Positions 18,240-27,847 of a stretch of 56,854 bases of DNA are shown here, in pieces. This stretch comes from a virus (Duplodnaviria; Caudoviricetes). Location of the stretch: IMG/VR virus record IMGVR_UViG_3300032290_001158, positions 1 to 56,854 of that record. The stretch is one strand, 5' to 3'. The notes under the pieces are model-generated. The model saw nothing but the letters and a program-made list of their open reading frames with translations, was not told where the DNA came from and did not search any database. The translations under genes and the position numbers were made by a program. Every line of letters starts with the position of its first letter. Within the stretch, counting starts at the first letter, position 1.

Positions 18240-20066
18240 ATGACAAACGGACTAGACGGAATCAAAGTAACCCTAGTTGATAACGCCCAAAAAGCATCAG
18301 ATTTTATTTCTTGGCTTGGTGAACGAAGACCTTATAACGCTATTGCAATTGATACTGAAACTGGCGAGCGCCCAGGTATGCCACGCAACCACGCACTATC
18401 TCCTTGGCATGGAGATTTAAGACTTGTTCAAGTAGGCGATTCTATGCAAGGTTGGTCAATACCTTGGGGTGAATGGTCTGGTTTGTTTTACGAAGCAATG
18501 GATAAGTTTGATGGACCGCTTGTTTGCCACAACATTGCATTTGAAGCACGTTGGTTTGCAATCAAATCTCGTTGGGAAATTCCGTGGCATCGTGCACACG
18601 ACACAATGATTATGGCTCACCTCATTGACCCTCTAGGTCCTGGTGCCTTGAAAGTTCTTGCAGAGACTCTTATTGACCCTCGCGGTGCATATCTTCAACA
18701 AAAACTTGATGAAGGTCTTGTAGAAAATGGCTGGACTTGGGGAACTGTTCCTATCAACTATGAGCCTTACTGGTCTTACGGTGCGCTAGACCCAATCCTT
18801 ACTATGCGCTTGTGGGAAAAGTTTTATGAAAAATGTGGTCCAGGACAGCCGTATCACAAGGCTTATGAGTTAGAGATGGCTACTCGAAAGATTGTTACTC
18901 GCATGGAAATCAACGGTGCTCGTGTTGATTTGGAATACTCTCAGCGTAAGTATGACGAACTTCTTGCCTACACAGATAGTGTGAAGAAGTGGGGAGTAGA
19001 GACTTATGCTGGAACAAGTTTAACTAGTAACGTTCAACTAGTTCGTTTATTTGAAAAAATTGGTGGAGAGATTACAGAGTTCACTCCTAGTGGACAGAAA
19101 TCTTGTACAAAAGACCAACTAAAACTTCTATCTATAAACGGTAATGCAGAGGTTAAAAATCTTGCAGAGACTGTTATAAAACTTAGAAAAGCAGAGAAAC
19201 TAGCAAATACTTATTTTCTTAATTTCCTTAACAAGTCAATTGATGGAGTCCTACATCCTTCTGTAAAGACTCTAGGCGCTCGTACATCTCGTATGTCAAT
19301 CACTGACCCAGCGCTGCAGACTCTTCCTAAGGGAGATGAAACAGTTCGTACAGCATTTATTCCTAAAGATAAAGACCATGTCATTATTACTTCTGACTTA
19401 GACCAGGTTGAGTTCCGTATGTTTGCATCGCTATCTAAAGATGTAAACCTTATTAATCTATTTCATAAAGCAGATGCTATCGGCTCTGACCCGTTCACTG
19501 AAATTGGTCGTGAGGTTTATAACGAACCTAATATGACAAAGGCTGATAAGAGAAGAAATCTTATTAAGGGAATGGTTTATGGGCGTCTCTATGGTGCAGG
19601 TGTTGCTAAGCAAGCAATCACTGCTGGTGTAGCAGAAGAACAAATGCGCTCTGTCTCTGATGCCTTTGATATGAGATATCCAGGGATGATTAGATTTCAA
19701 AAAGAAATTGAACATATTGGAATGACTAGAGAACGAGATACTGGTCAGGGATATATTCATACTTGGACTGGTCGCAAGATTCCTTGTGACGAAGGTCGTG
19801 TCTACACACTTATTAACTATTTAATTCAGGGAGGTGCTGCTGAAGTATTCAAGAGCAATCTTGTAAAACTTGACCAGGCTGACTTAACTGAATTGTTGAT
19901 AGTTCCTGTTCACGATGAAATTGTTTTACAGGCTCCTCGTGACCAAGCAGAAGAAATCAAACGCATTGTTCAACAATGCATGACAACAACCGAAGGCTGG
20001 GATGTTCCACTTACCTCTGGAATTGATGGCCCTATGGAGAATTGGGGACAAAAATATGTCAACTAG
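18240..20066 (+). CDS. polA: Family A DNA polymerase (3'-5' exonuclease + polymerase, no 5'-3' exonuclease)
   Basis: ExoI 'IDTET', motif A 'DLDQVEFR', motif B 'RNLIKGMVYGRLYG', motif C 'VHDEI'. Confidence 0.95.
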   Translation: MTNGLDGIKVTLVDNAQKASDFISWLGERRPYNAIAIDTETGERPGMPRNHALSPWHGDLRLVQVGDSMQGWSIPWGEWSGLFYEAMDKFDGPLVCHNIAFEARWFAIKSRWEIPWHRAHDTMIMAHLIDPLGPGALKVLAETLIDPRGAYLQQKLDEGLVENGWTWGTVPINYEPYWSYGALDPILTMRLWEKFYEKCGPGQPYHKAYELEMATRKIVTRMEINGARVDLEYSQRKYDELLAYTDSVKKWGVETYAGTSLTSNVQLVRLFEKIGGEITEFTPSGQKSCTKDQLKLLSINGNAEVKNLAETVIKLRKAEKLANTYFLNFLNKSIDGVLHPSVKTLGARTSRMSITDPALQTLPKGDETVRTAFIPKDKDHVIITSDLDQVEFRMFASLSKDVNLINLFHKADAIGSDPFTEIGREVYNEPNMTKADKRRNLIKGMVYGRLYGAGVAKQAITAGVAEEQMRSVSDAFDMRYPGMIRFQKEIEHIGMTRERDTGQGYIHTWTGRKIPCDEGRVYTLINYLIQGGAAEVFKSNLVKLDQADLTELLIVPVHDEIVLQAPRDQAEEIKRIVQQCMTTTEGWDVPLTSGIDGPMENWGQKYVN

Positions 20067-20541
20067 GTATGTAATTTCTATTGACCCAGGGAAAACTACT
20101 GGTGCTTGTTTGGTTGAATGGTCTGGAGACCAAGATGACCTTCCAATTCTCAAAATGTCTGCAGAGTTACAGGCAGAGGAGTTTGCCAACTGGGTAGAAC
20201 TTGCACTATCTATTGCATTTTCCTCTTCTCAGTCTTATGACTCTGTCAATGTAGTCTGCGAAAGATTCGTCATAACTGCCCAGACTGTAAGGAACTCTCA
20301 GGCTCCTTTCTCTCTTGAACAGATTGGTGTTTTGAAGCATCTGTGTAGGTCTAATGAGTTTGGGGCAGAAAAAATCATTTTTCAAGCCCCTGTAGATGCC
20401 AAGGCTATGTTCTCCAACGACTCCCTCAAGAAGGTTGGGACTTGGCATAAGGGCGGCGAGGGTCATGCTCTTGACGCCATACGACACGCATTGCTACGGT
20501 TGACTAAGAGTGGCTGGAAGCCTAGAATTTTGCTACAGTAG
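20056..20541 (+). CDS. RuvC-like Holliday junction resolvase
   Basis: 'ISIDPGKTTG', 'VVCERF' and 'HALDAIRH'; start moved to the ATG at 20056, which overlaps the polA stop. Confidence 0.8.
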   Translation: MSTRYVISIDPGKTTGACLVEWSGDQDDLPILKMSAELQAEEFANWVELALSIAFSSSQSYDSVNVVCERFVITAQTVRNSQAPFSLEQIGVLKHLCRSNEFGAEKIIFQAPVDAKAMFSNDSLKKVGTWHKGGEGHALDAIRHALLRLTKSGWKPRILLQ

Positions 20542-20547
20542 GCAATG

Positions 20548-20591
20548 TAGATAAAAAATATTTTAGGTCGCAATAAGAAGTTTTTTATCTA
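20548..20591. promoter_or_regulatory. Perfect 11-bp inverted repeat upstream of the helicase operon
   Basis: TAGATAAAAAA-N22-TTTTTTATCTA. Confidence 0.5.
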
Positions 20592-20609
20592 AAGACGAAA
20601 GGAAGTAAA

Positions 20610-22412
20610 ATGTCGGTATCTGTAGACATTGACTCAAATGGGGAAAGCATTGTCCTAACTGCTGACTGGCGCTTAAAAGAACTCTGTAAGAGCCTCCCAG
20701 GGGCCTCCTGGAGCGTCTCAGAGGCTGTCTGGAGAGTTCCTTTGAGTTGGTCAACCTGTTTAGCCCTACGCTCTACTTTCCGCGACCAACTTGAAATCAA
20801 GCCAGGATTAGCCGAATGGGCATCAAAAGAATTAGAGACTCGAATCGGTCCAGCGATGGCTCTTAGAGAGTTAGAAACCTACGAGGGTGACCAAGAGTTG
20901 TTCCCTCATCAAAGGGCTGGCGTAGCCTTCCTCAGCACTGCAAGACGTGCACTTCTAGCCGATGAGCCAGGACTTGGTAAGACTGCTCAGGCTATCCGCG
21001 CTCTCAAAGAACTTCACGATAAAGGTGAAGATGTTTTTCCTATTTTAGTTGTCTGTCCTAATACTCTTAAGAAGAACTGGGCTAGAGAGTTTGCTCGTTG
21101 GTGGCCAGAGTCTGTAGTTACTCAAGTCATTAAAGGCTCTGCTGCTCAACGTAAAAAACAATTTGAAGAACCAGCACAAGTATTTATTATCAACTGGGAG
21201 TCTCTCAGAGCGCACTCTCGTTTAGCACCATATGGTTCTGTTGCGCTGACTCGTTGTAAGGCTTGCGGTGGTCAAGATGAGAAGATTACAGAGACACGAT
21301 GCGAAGTTCATCTACGAGAACTAAACCATAAAGACTTCAAGGCTGTAATTGCTGATGAGATTCACCGTTCTAAAGACCCTAAATCAAAACAGAGTCGTGC
21401 TCTTTGGTCTGCCTCTGGTAATGCTCAGATTCGTTTTGCACTTACTGGAACACCTATTGCAAATAATGTTGTTGACCTCTGGGCAATTCTTCACTGGTTA
21501 TCTCCAAAGGATTGGCCATCAAAGACAAAGTGGATTGACCGAATGGTTGACATCATGCTTAATGCCTTTGGTGGAATGATGGTTCTTGGTGTAAAGCCAG
21601 CAATGCAAGAAGAGTTTTATAAAAGTGTGAATCCTTATATGCGTCGTATGTTGAAAAAGATTGTGCTTCCTCACTTGCCTCCAGTTCTAAATGAGCGACG
21701 TGATGTTGAGATGTCAACTAAGCAGAAAAAGGCTTATGACCAGATGCGTGAATTAATGATTGCTGAACTTGAGTCTGGAGAAATCCTTTCTGCTCCAAGT
21801 GTTCTTACACAGACAATTAGACTTCTTCAGTTTGCAAGTTCTTATGCCATCATGGAAGTTGATGAAGAGACTGGGGAGTCCCGTGCAATTCTTGACTCAC
21901 CATCTTGCAAAGTTGATGCTTTGATGGAAGATATTAAAAATGGTGACTTTGGAGATGACTCCGTTGCTGTATCTGCCGTCTCTAAACAACTTATCAATCT
22001 TCTTAGTGCTGAATTGACAAAAGAAAAAATACCTCATGGTTTGATTACTGGAGACCAAGACGAAGACCAGCGCCAACAAGCCGTTGATGATTTTCAGGCT
22101 GGTCACATTAAATGGATTCTATTTACAGCACAGGCGGGAGGAGTTGGAATCACCTTGACGGCTGCTCGTCGTTTGATTATGCTTCAACGACCATGGTCAC
22201 TTGTTGACCATAAGCAAGTTCTTGATAGAGTTCACCGCATTGGCTCAGAGATTCACGACTCAATTGTGATTACTGATTATGTTACAGAAGGAACTATTGA
22301 GGAAAGAGTAATTCAAGTATTAGAAACAAAAGCAGATAATTTTGAACAGATAGTTAAAGACAAAGAGAAGTTACTCAGACTACTGCAAGATGATAAGGCG
22401 GGGACACTATGA
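20610..22412 (+). CDS. SNF2-family (SF2) helicase
   Basis: 'LLADEPGLGKT', 'DEIH', 'LTGTP' and 'QVLDRVHRIG'. Confidence 0.93.
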   Translation: MSVSVDIDSNGESIVLTADWRLKELCKSLPGASWSVSEAVWRVPLSWSTCLALRSTFRDQLEIKPGLAEWASKELETRIGPAMALRELETYEGDQELFPHQRAGVAFLSTARRALLADEPGLGKTAQAIRALKELHDKGEDVFPILVVCPNTLKKNWAREFARWWPESVVTQVIKGSAAQRKKQFEEPAQVFIINWESLRAHSRLAPYGSVALTRCKACGGQDEKITETRCEVHLRELNHKDFKAVIADEIHRSKDPKSKQSRALWSASGNAQIRFALTGTPIANNVVDLWAILHWLSPKDWPSKTKWIDRMVDIMLNAFGGMMVLGVKPAMQEEFYKSVNPYMRRMLKKIVLPHLPPVLNERRDVEMSTKQKKAYDQMRELMIAELESGEILSAPSVLTQTIRLLQFASSYAIMEVDEETGESRAILDSPSCKVDALMEDIKNGDFGDDSVAVSAVSKQLINLLSAELTKEKIPHGLITGDQDEDQRQQAVDDFQAGHIKWILFTAQAGGVGITLTAARRLIMLQRPWSLVDHKQVLDRVHRIGSEIHDSIVITDYVTEGTIEERVIQVLETKADNFEQIVKDKEKLLRLLQDDKAGTL

Positions 22413-23335
22413 GTGGAGTAATTAGATTATCTAACTCAGAAATTCAAACATTTAAGGACTGCCGTCGTCGCTGGTGGCTGACCTACTATCGTCGTCTAAA
22501 GCCAAGAGAGCAGAATGTTACTGGCGCATTGGCACTAGGAAGTCGCATTCACCAAGCACTTGATGACCACTATGCAAAAGGAGTTCCTCTCCTTAAGGCA
22601 CACTCTGATTTAGTTGAGACAGAAAAACAACTTCTTCTTACTGATTTTAGAGATGTTTCTGATTTAGAAACAGAAGCAGAACTTGGTCGCATCATGCTTG
22701 AGGGTTATGAGCAATGGGTAGAAGAGAATGGCATTGATGCAGAACTAGAAATGATTTCTACAGAAGAAACAATCATTGCGCCACTCTTTGGTGGAGCCGT
22801 TGAACTTCAAGGTAAGTTAGATATGCGTGTTCGCCGCAAGACTGATGGTGTTCGTCTCTTCCGTGACTTCAAGACTGTTGGTGGTTCTCTTTCAGAGTTT
22901 GCAAATATGGCTCATATGAACGAGCAAGTTATGACCTATATGCTGCTTGAGGCAACTAAAGCAGATGAGAATAACCGAAGTGAGGGTGGAATATTTACAC
23001 TATTAAAGAAAGTACGCAGGACTGCTTCGGCTAAGCCACCGTTCTATGACCAAATAGAAATTAGACATAATGTATTTACTTTGCGCTCTTTCTGGAATAG
23101 AATCCATGGAGCAATTGGTGATTTGATGAGAGTAAGAACTGCGCTTGATGCTGGAGAGGCTCATTCGTTTGTCGCCTACCCAACAGCAAGTCGTGACTGC
23201 AAATGGAAGTGCCAATTTTTCGCTATATGCCCTATGTTCGATGACGGAAGCGCCGCTGAACAAGCACTTAGCGAAATGTATGAGGAGTCAGACCCTTATG
23301 CATATTATGAATCAGAGAAAAAAGGAGGCGAGTGA
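22409..23335 (+). CDS. PD-(D/E)XK exonuclease (RecB/Cas4-like)
   Basis: 'LSNSEIQTFKDCRRRW', 'GKLD...DFKT', C-terminal 'C.WKC.F..IC' cluster. Confidence 0.85.
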   Translation: MSGVIRLSNSEIQTFKDCRRRWWLTYYRRLKPREQNVTGALALGSRIHQALDDHYAKGVPLLKAHSDLVETEKQLLLTDFRDVSDLETEAELGRIMLEGYEQWVEENGIDAELEMISTEETIIAPLFGGAVELQGKLDMRVRRKTDGVRLFRDFKTVGGSLSEFANMAHMNEQVMTYMLLEATKADENNRSEGGIFTLLKKVRRTASAKPPFYDQIEIRHNVFTLRSFWNRIHGAIGDLMRVRTALDAGEAHSFVAYPTASRDCKWKCQFFAICPMFDDGSAAEQALSEMYEESDPYAYYESEKKGGE

Positions 23336-24132
23336 CAGTGAGTGAAGTACAACGTTCACTAACAATTATGGTGTATGGGGAGAGCAAGGTTGGTAAATCA
23401 TCCTTTGCAGTAACAGCACCATATCCACGACTAATGCTTGACGTTGAAGGTGGACACCGTTTCCTACCTATCGTCGTCAAATACTGGGACCCTTTGCGAG
23501 AAGAGCCACCAGTTGCAGATGGAACTTGGGATACTTGCGTAGTTACAGTTCGTGACTACGACACAGTAATCAAGACATATCAATGGCTACAGATGGGTAA
23601 GCATCAGTTCAAGAGTTTGATTATTGATTCAATCTCTGAACTACAAGTAAAGTGCATGGACAGCATTGCTGGAAATGAACAAATGAAGATGCAACAATGG
23701 GGAGAACTTCTTCGCCATATGGGCGCATTACTTCGTGATTTGCGTGACCTTACAATGCACGCAACTAATCCTCTAGAGGCTGTAGTTCTAACTGCAATGT
23801 CTCGAACAGGTGGCGACTCAAGTCGTAATAAGCCATACCTACAAGGACAGTTGGCAATTCAAGCGCCATACTTCTATGACATTCTTGGTGCTCTTACAGT
23901 TGAGCAATTACCAAATCCAGACCCTATGCAACCCCCATATAAAGTTCGTCGTATGTATGTTGAACGAACAAATGAATACGAAGCAGGAGAGCGTGTTCAG
24001 GGGCGATTAGGTTCTATCGTCGAACAACAGAATTTGTCTATAGAAAGAATGCTAGATATAGTTTTCGGACCTAGACAAACAGCAACACCAGCAACACAAG
24101 AAAACACAACGACTACGAAAGGCAACGAATGA
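23332..24132 (+). CDS. Sak4-like AAA ATPase (ssDNA annealing recombinase)
   Basis: 'VYGESKVGKS', 'LDVEGG' and 'IIDSIS'; located between the exonuclease and SSB genes. Confidence 0.8.
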   Translation: MTVSEVQRSLTIMVYGESKVGKSSFAVTAPYPRLMLDVEGGHRFLPIVVKYWDPLREEPPVADGTWDTCVVTVRDYDTVIKTYQWLQMGKHQFKSLIIDSISELQVKCMDSIAGNEQMKMQQWGELLRHMGALLRDLRDLTMHATNPLEAVVLTAMSRTGGDSSRNKPYLQGQLAIQAPYFYDILGALTVEQLPNPDPMQPPYKVRRMYVERTNEYEAGERVQGRLGSIVEQQNLSIERMLDIVFGPRQTATPATQENTTTTKGNE

Positions 24133-24674
24133 GCACACTCAATTGGGGCGACCTCATCAAAGATGCTGGAGAAATCGGTGGCAGTTACGAAGCGCTACCT
24201 GATGGCGACTACGACTTAACAGTTGTAGAAGCAACAGCAAAAGTAACTGCTACTGGCAAGACAATGTTCTCAGTAAAGACGCAAGTTGAAGGCGGAGCCT
24301 ACAATAAGCGTTTTGTTTGGGATAACTTGACTGTATCTCCAGAAAATAAAAATGCACTTGCAATTTTCTTTAGCAAGATGCACGCAATGGGAATCACACA
24401 AGATTTCTTCGCTCAGTCGCCAGCACCAACAAATGCTGCAATTGAGCAAGTTCTTCTTGGTCGTAAGTTCCGTGGAACCGTTGGTAACCGAGTTTACAAC
24501 GGACAAAAGCGTAATGAAATCCGTCGCTACTTCCCAGTAGGGACAACGGCTGCAGCAGCACCAATAACAACAGCCGCTGCACCTGCTCCAGCACCTGCTC
24601 CAGCGCCAGCACCTGCTCCAGCGCCAGCACCTGCTACTGCTGCTACAGCATCTGCTCCAGCAGCACCGTTCTAA
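24129..24674 (+). CDS. Single-stranded DNA-binding protein (DUF669-like)
   Basis: 'LPDGDYDL.V.EA', 'RFVWDNL', 'YNG..RNEI' and an Ala/Pro tail ending in PF. Confidence 0.75.
   Translation: MSTLNWGDLIKDAGEIGGSYEALPDGDYDLTVVEATAKVTATGKTMFSVKTQVEGGAYNKRFVWDNLTVSPENKNALAIFFSKMHAMGITQDFFAQSPAPTNAAIEQVLLGRKFRGTVGNRVYNGQKRNEIRRYFPVGTTAAAAPITTAAAPAPAPAPAPAPAPAPAPATAATASAPAAPF
24579..24635 (+). repeat. Coding (Ala-Pro)n tandem repeat in the SSB linker
   Basis: GCACCTGCTCCA / GCGCCA units. Confidence 0.8.
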
Positions 24675-24683
24675 AAGACGAAT

Positions 24684-24727
24684 AGTTGGGTTGCCGTCAG
24701 ATAAAACTGGCGGCAACTAACAACTTT
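24684..24727 (+). terminator. Hairpin / probable terminator after SSB
   Basis: GGTTGCCGTCAG-ATAAAA-CTGGCGGCAACT, extended by AGTTG/CAACT, with a short T run. Confidence 0.65.
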
Positions 24728-24739
24728 GATTAAGGAGAA

Positions 24740-25168
24740 ATGATGGCAGAGATAAATATTGAGTGGGTAAAAGAACAACTCACTTTGAATAAGACAAAAA
24801 AGATGACAGGTGATGCTGTCTTAGAATTATTAGAAACATGGAAAAACACAAAGCGTCCACCAAAATCAGACAACTCAAAAGAAATATTAGATATATTTTC
24901 AAAATTAGCACTTGGATATGCTCTTGTAAAAGAAGATAATAGTGAAACTTGGATTCAGGTTCAGCCAGGAGCAATTAAAGTAACTGATGTTGTAAGAGTT
25001 AAGTTTGATGCCTTTGATGAAGAGAGCGGTAAGTACACTCTAAATGGAAGAAAAGGTAAAGTTGTTGGAGTTCGCTATGGAGATATTATTATGAAAAGCG
25101 ATGATAATAAAATACCTTTGTTAGATGGAATTCACCTAAGACCAGAGAATCTAGAAAAGAGGGTCTAA
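24740..25168 (+). CDS. Hypothetical protein with C-terminal SH3/KOW-like segment
   Basis: AAGGAG RBS; 'DVVRV......NGRKGKVVGVRYG'. Confidence 0.6.
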   Translation: MMAEINIEWVKEQLTLNKTKKMTGDAVLELLETWKNTKRPPKSDNSKEILDIFSKLALGYALVKEDNSETWIQVQPGAIKVTDVVRVKFDAFDEESGKYTLNGRKGKVVGVRYGDIIMKSDDNKIPLLDGIHLRPENLEKRV

Positions 25169-25170
25169 TA

Positions 25171-25368
25171 ATGGCAAGTGCAACTTATACATTTGAAGTA
25201 TTTGGAAAAGACCACGAACACCTGGCAATTAATGTCAGAGAAGAATTACAAAAGTATGTTGGTACAGAAAATAAGTCTGTTATTGACCACATTAACTACG
25301 ATACTGAAGTCGAGAAAACTGAAGAAAATGTCTATCGTGCTAGCGTAACAGCAAGGATAAAACTATGA
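25171..25368 (+). CDS. Hypothetical protein
   Basis: 65-aa ORF packed between neighbours. Confidence 0.55.
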   Translation: MASATYTFEVFGKDHEHLAINVREELQKYVGTENKSVIDHINYDTEVEKTEENVYRASVTARIKL

Positions 25369-25685
25369 CTACATCAGAGAATATTTCTGGGGCAGAGACA
25401 CATCCACATAGAGTAGAAGCATTAAGAGAAGCAGCAAAGATTATTTCTGGTGAAAGAAATAAGCAATATGGAAACCCAGAAGATAATTTTGAGCGGACTG
25501 CAAAAATTTGGTCTGTAATTCTTGGAATTAAGATTTCAAATGAAGATGTAGCAATGATGATGGTTGGTCTTAAGGTAGCACGCTATGCCTCTAAGTCTGG
25601 CTTCCAAGCAGATACATGGGTTGATATTGCTGGCTATGCTGGCTGTGGCTACGAGGTGGGGTATTTAGAGAACGAAAAGCAGTAA
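25365..25685 (+). CDS. DUF6378-like protein
   Basis: 'L.EA..II.GER..QYG.PEDNF.R.A..W', 'LKVAR' and 'DTWVDIAGYA'. Confidence 0.8.
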   Translation: MTTSENISGAETHPHRVEALREAAKIISGERNKQYGNPEDNFERTAKIWSVILGIKISNEDVAMMMVGLKVARYASKSGFQADTWVDIAGYAGCGYEVGYLENEKQ

Positions 25686-25720
25686 CTAAAATGTAAACTC
25701 TCAGAGGAAGAAGAGGAAGA

Positions 25721-26002
25721 ATGGCTGAACAGCCGTGGAAATTTACAAATGCGCTTTGTTCTCAAGTAGGAACCGAAATGTTTTTTATAGAAGATAGAGA
25801 TGAGCAAAACTTGACATCTTTATCTGACTACAAACTTGCTATAAATATCTGCGGTAGATGCGAACATATTGCAGAGTGCGCTGAGTGGGGCATTAAGCAT
25901 GAAAGTTTCGGTGTGTGGGGCGGTCTTACCCCCAAGCAAAGAAGAACTATTAGGCAGAAAAGAAATATCATTTTAGACTCTGAATTAGATACTCTAGGAT
26001 AG
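25721..26002 (+). CDS. whiB: WhiB-family Fe-S transcription factor
   Basis: C-x(n)-C-x2-C-x5-C plus 'GVWGGLT..QR'. Confidence 0.92.
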   Translation: MAEQPWKFTNALCSQVGTEMFFIEDRDEQNLTSLSDYKLAINICGRCEHIAECAEWGIKHESFGVWGGLTPKQRRTIRQKRNIILDSELDTLG

Positions 26003-26055
26003 ATAAGAAGACTAAAATTGTCATAGTAATTTACTTTCTTTAAGAAAGGGTTTCT

Positions 26056-26355
26056 ATGGCGGCCAAACCCACGCTGCGCTTATTAGCGCTATGCGAGTTG
26101 TGCTGGCTTGAGAACCACACTAACTGGGAGCCAGAAAGTATGGATGAGTCTGGCCATATAGTTATGAAACTTGTAGGAGTTGATACTCCAGAAGTAACAA
26201 ATTTTGGTGTAGTTGATGTCTGCTGTATGTGCGGCTCAATAACTATTTCTGGTATCTATCAAATGATGGACCCAGGCCAAGTATATTTTCTTGGAGAAAA
26301 AGAAGAGTCTTTACAGAGATTTGAGTTTGATTTTGGTATCCTTGACGAAGACTAA
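26056..26355 (+). CDS. Hypothetical protein with two CxxC motifs
   Basis: 'CELC' and 'CCMCG'; GAAAGG RBS; TAAAAT at 26013. Confidence 0.6.
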   Translation: MAAKPTLRLLALCELCWLENHTNWEPESMDESGHIVMKLVGVDTPEVTNFGVVDVCCMCGSITISGIYQMMDPGQVYFLGEKEESLQRFEFDFGILDED

Positions 26356-26369
26356 GTCAGGAGAACCTT

Positions 26370-26705
26370 TTGAAAGACAAAAGACCAGGAGAAGAACTCT
26401 GGCTTGAGTGGCATGGATTAAATTACTATCCCTCTAAAGAAGATGCTGTTATCTATTATACATTTGGTGATGTTGACTTGGATAACGAAATTATTCGTAG
26501 AGCACTTGCATCTTCACTGCAACGAGATGGTGTTGCTGATTCTTTAGGTGAAGGATTCAAATATATTGACAAAGCAATTATTTCTGCCGGGTGGGCTGGA
26601 AATCTAGAAGAAGAACATGACTATATTGTTTGTAGTGAAGATGGAGAGACTGAGTATGGAGATTTTGTTGATAGTGCAATAGAGATTACTTGGATAGAAA
26701 TATAG
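26370..26705 (+). CDS. Acidic hypothetical protein
   Basis: AGGAG RBS before a TTG start. Confidence 0.55.
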   Translation: MKDKRPGEELWLEWHGLNYYPSKEDAVIYYTFGDVDLDNEIIRRALASSLQRDGVADSLGEGFKYIDKAIISAGWAGNLEEEHDYIVCSEDGETEYGDFVDSAIEITWIEI

Positions 26706-26760
26706 AGACATACTGAGTTATTTCGATAGTTTTATAGTGTAATAGTGTAACCTTTTACAT

Positions 26761-27312
26761 ATGTGGAAACCCGCTGACAGCCTAGAGTGGCAAAGAAGTG
26801 CTCTTTGTGCGAAGCCTGAAAATAAAAATAATATAGAATGGTTTTTTGCTCCAGAATTTGATAAAAAATACTCTGCAAAAAATTTATGCTTTCAATGCCC
26901 TGTTCGCAAAAGTTGTTTACAGTGGGCTTTAGAGCATCGTCAGATTTGGGGAGTTTGGGGTGGAAGAGATGAAGTTGAAATTCGTAGAGCACTCTCTGTC
27001 TCATATCTAGGAGAAGAAACTAGACGTCGCAGGTATCCAAATTGTCCATACTGTACTGCTCGTCCTGGAAAATTAGAAACATCAATTGTTCAACTAGATA
27101 GTTCTGGACGATGGAATACTGCAAAAGTTGTTACTTGTTCCGAGTGTGGTTTTGCTTGGAAAAGCCGAACAAGCGCAAATGCGGTTGATGCTTATAAAGC
27201 AGAACGTATTGAAAAAATTGAAAGACAGCGTAGAGAAAAAGAAAAGGCTAAAAAAGTAAAACGACCTAGGAAATCTTCCTCAGCCAAACCTGGAAAGAAA
27301 TCTCTAAAGTAA
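26761..27312 (+). CDS. whiB: WhiB-family protein fused to a C-terminal zinc ribbon and basic tail
   Basis: Four-Cys WhiB core with 'GVWGG'; additional 'CPYC...CSEC'; Lys/Arg-rich end. Confidence 0.88.
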   Translation: MWKPADSLEWQRSALCAKPENKNNIEWFFAPEFDKKYSAKNLCFQCPVRKSCLQWALEHRQIWGVWGGRDEVEIRRALSVSYLGEETRRRRYPNCPYCTARPGKLETSIVQLDSSGRWNTAKVVTCSECGFAWKSRTSANAVDAYKAERIEKIERQRREKEKAKKVKRPRKSSSAKPGKKSLK

Positions 27313-27847
27313 ATAGTTTCTGTGCATAAGACAGCAAGATACCGTCAATACCTGGCTTAGGGTTATTTGCAGGTCCTTTACCGCTTTCCCAAGTGTAGTC
27401 ATCAAAAGCAACAATCCCACCTAATTTAAGGCTTGCTATTCCATTTATTCCATCTTTTAGAGTAGCAATAGCAGTATGGTCTCCATCAATATAAACAAAA
27501 TCATACATATTTGTATTTTCTTCAAAAAAAGAATTACTAGTCATTTTCTTTTTAATAAGACGCCCAGAGTCTATATGTTTTTGATGTCTTTCTGTATATA
27601 CAGTTTCTACATCTTTCCAATCAAACTCTTTATGGATTGACTCATCAGAGCCTTCCCAGGTGTCAACATCTGTCAAAGTTGAGTTTGGGTGCGTAAGGAT
27701 ATTCTCTAAAAGCCACTCTGTAGCATCTCCAGTGTATGCTCCAATTTGAAGACAATGAATCTCTTTTCCTTTTAACTCTTCTAGATATTTAGAAAATAGA
27801 TTAACTGCTCCATGCATAAACCAGTTTGGATATTGTTCAGTTGTCAT
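27266..27847 (-). CDS. Class I SAM-dependent methyltransferase (Methyltransf_24-like)
   Basis: 'LQIGAYTG', 'VDTWEGS', 'YDFVYIDGDH' and 'GGIVAFDDY'. Confidence 0.85.
   Translation of the reverse strand: MTTEQYPNWFMHGAVNLFSKYLEELKGKEIHCLQIGAYTGDATEWLLENILTHPNSTLTDVDTWEGSDESIHKEFDWKDVETVYTERHQKHIDSGRLIKKKMTSNSFFEENTNMYDFVYIDGDHTAIATLKDGINGIASLKLGGIVAFDDYTWESGKGPANNPKPGIDGILLSYAQKLFTLEISFQVWLRKIS

Noticed and set aside
20002-20055. ORF-track N-terminal extensions (also 38271-38309, 42211-42243, 50176-50226)
   Set aside because: They overlap upstream genes; the downstream ATGs fit translational coupling and the family N-termini better.
22409-23335. CRISPR-associated Cas4
   Set aside because: No other cas genes or array are present; it sits in a typical exonuclease-Sak4-SSB recombination module.
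27266-27847. DNA methyltransferase explaining the GATC/AGCT pattern
   Set aside because: It lacks DPPY/NPPY or PC motifs; 'YIDGDH' and 'DDY' fit small-molecule or sugar methyltransferases.
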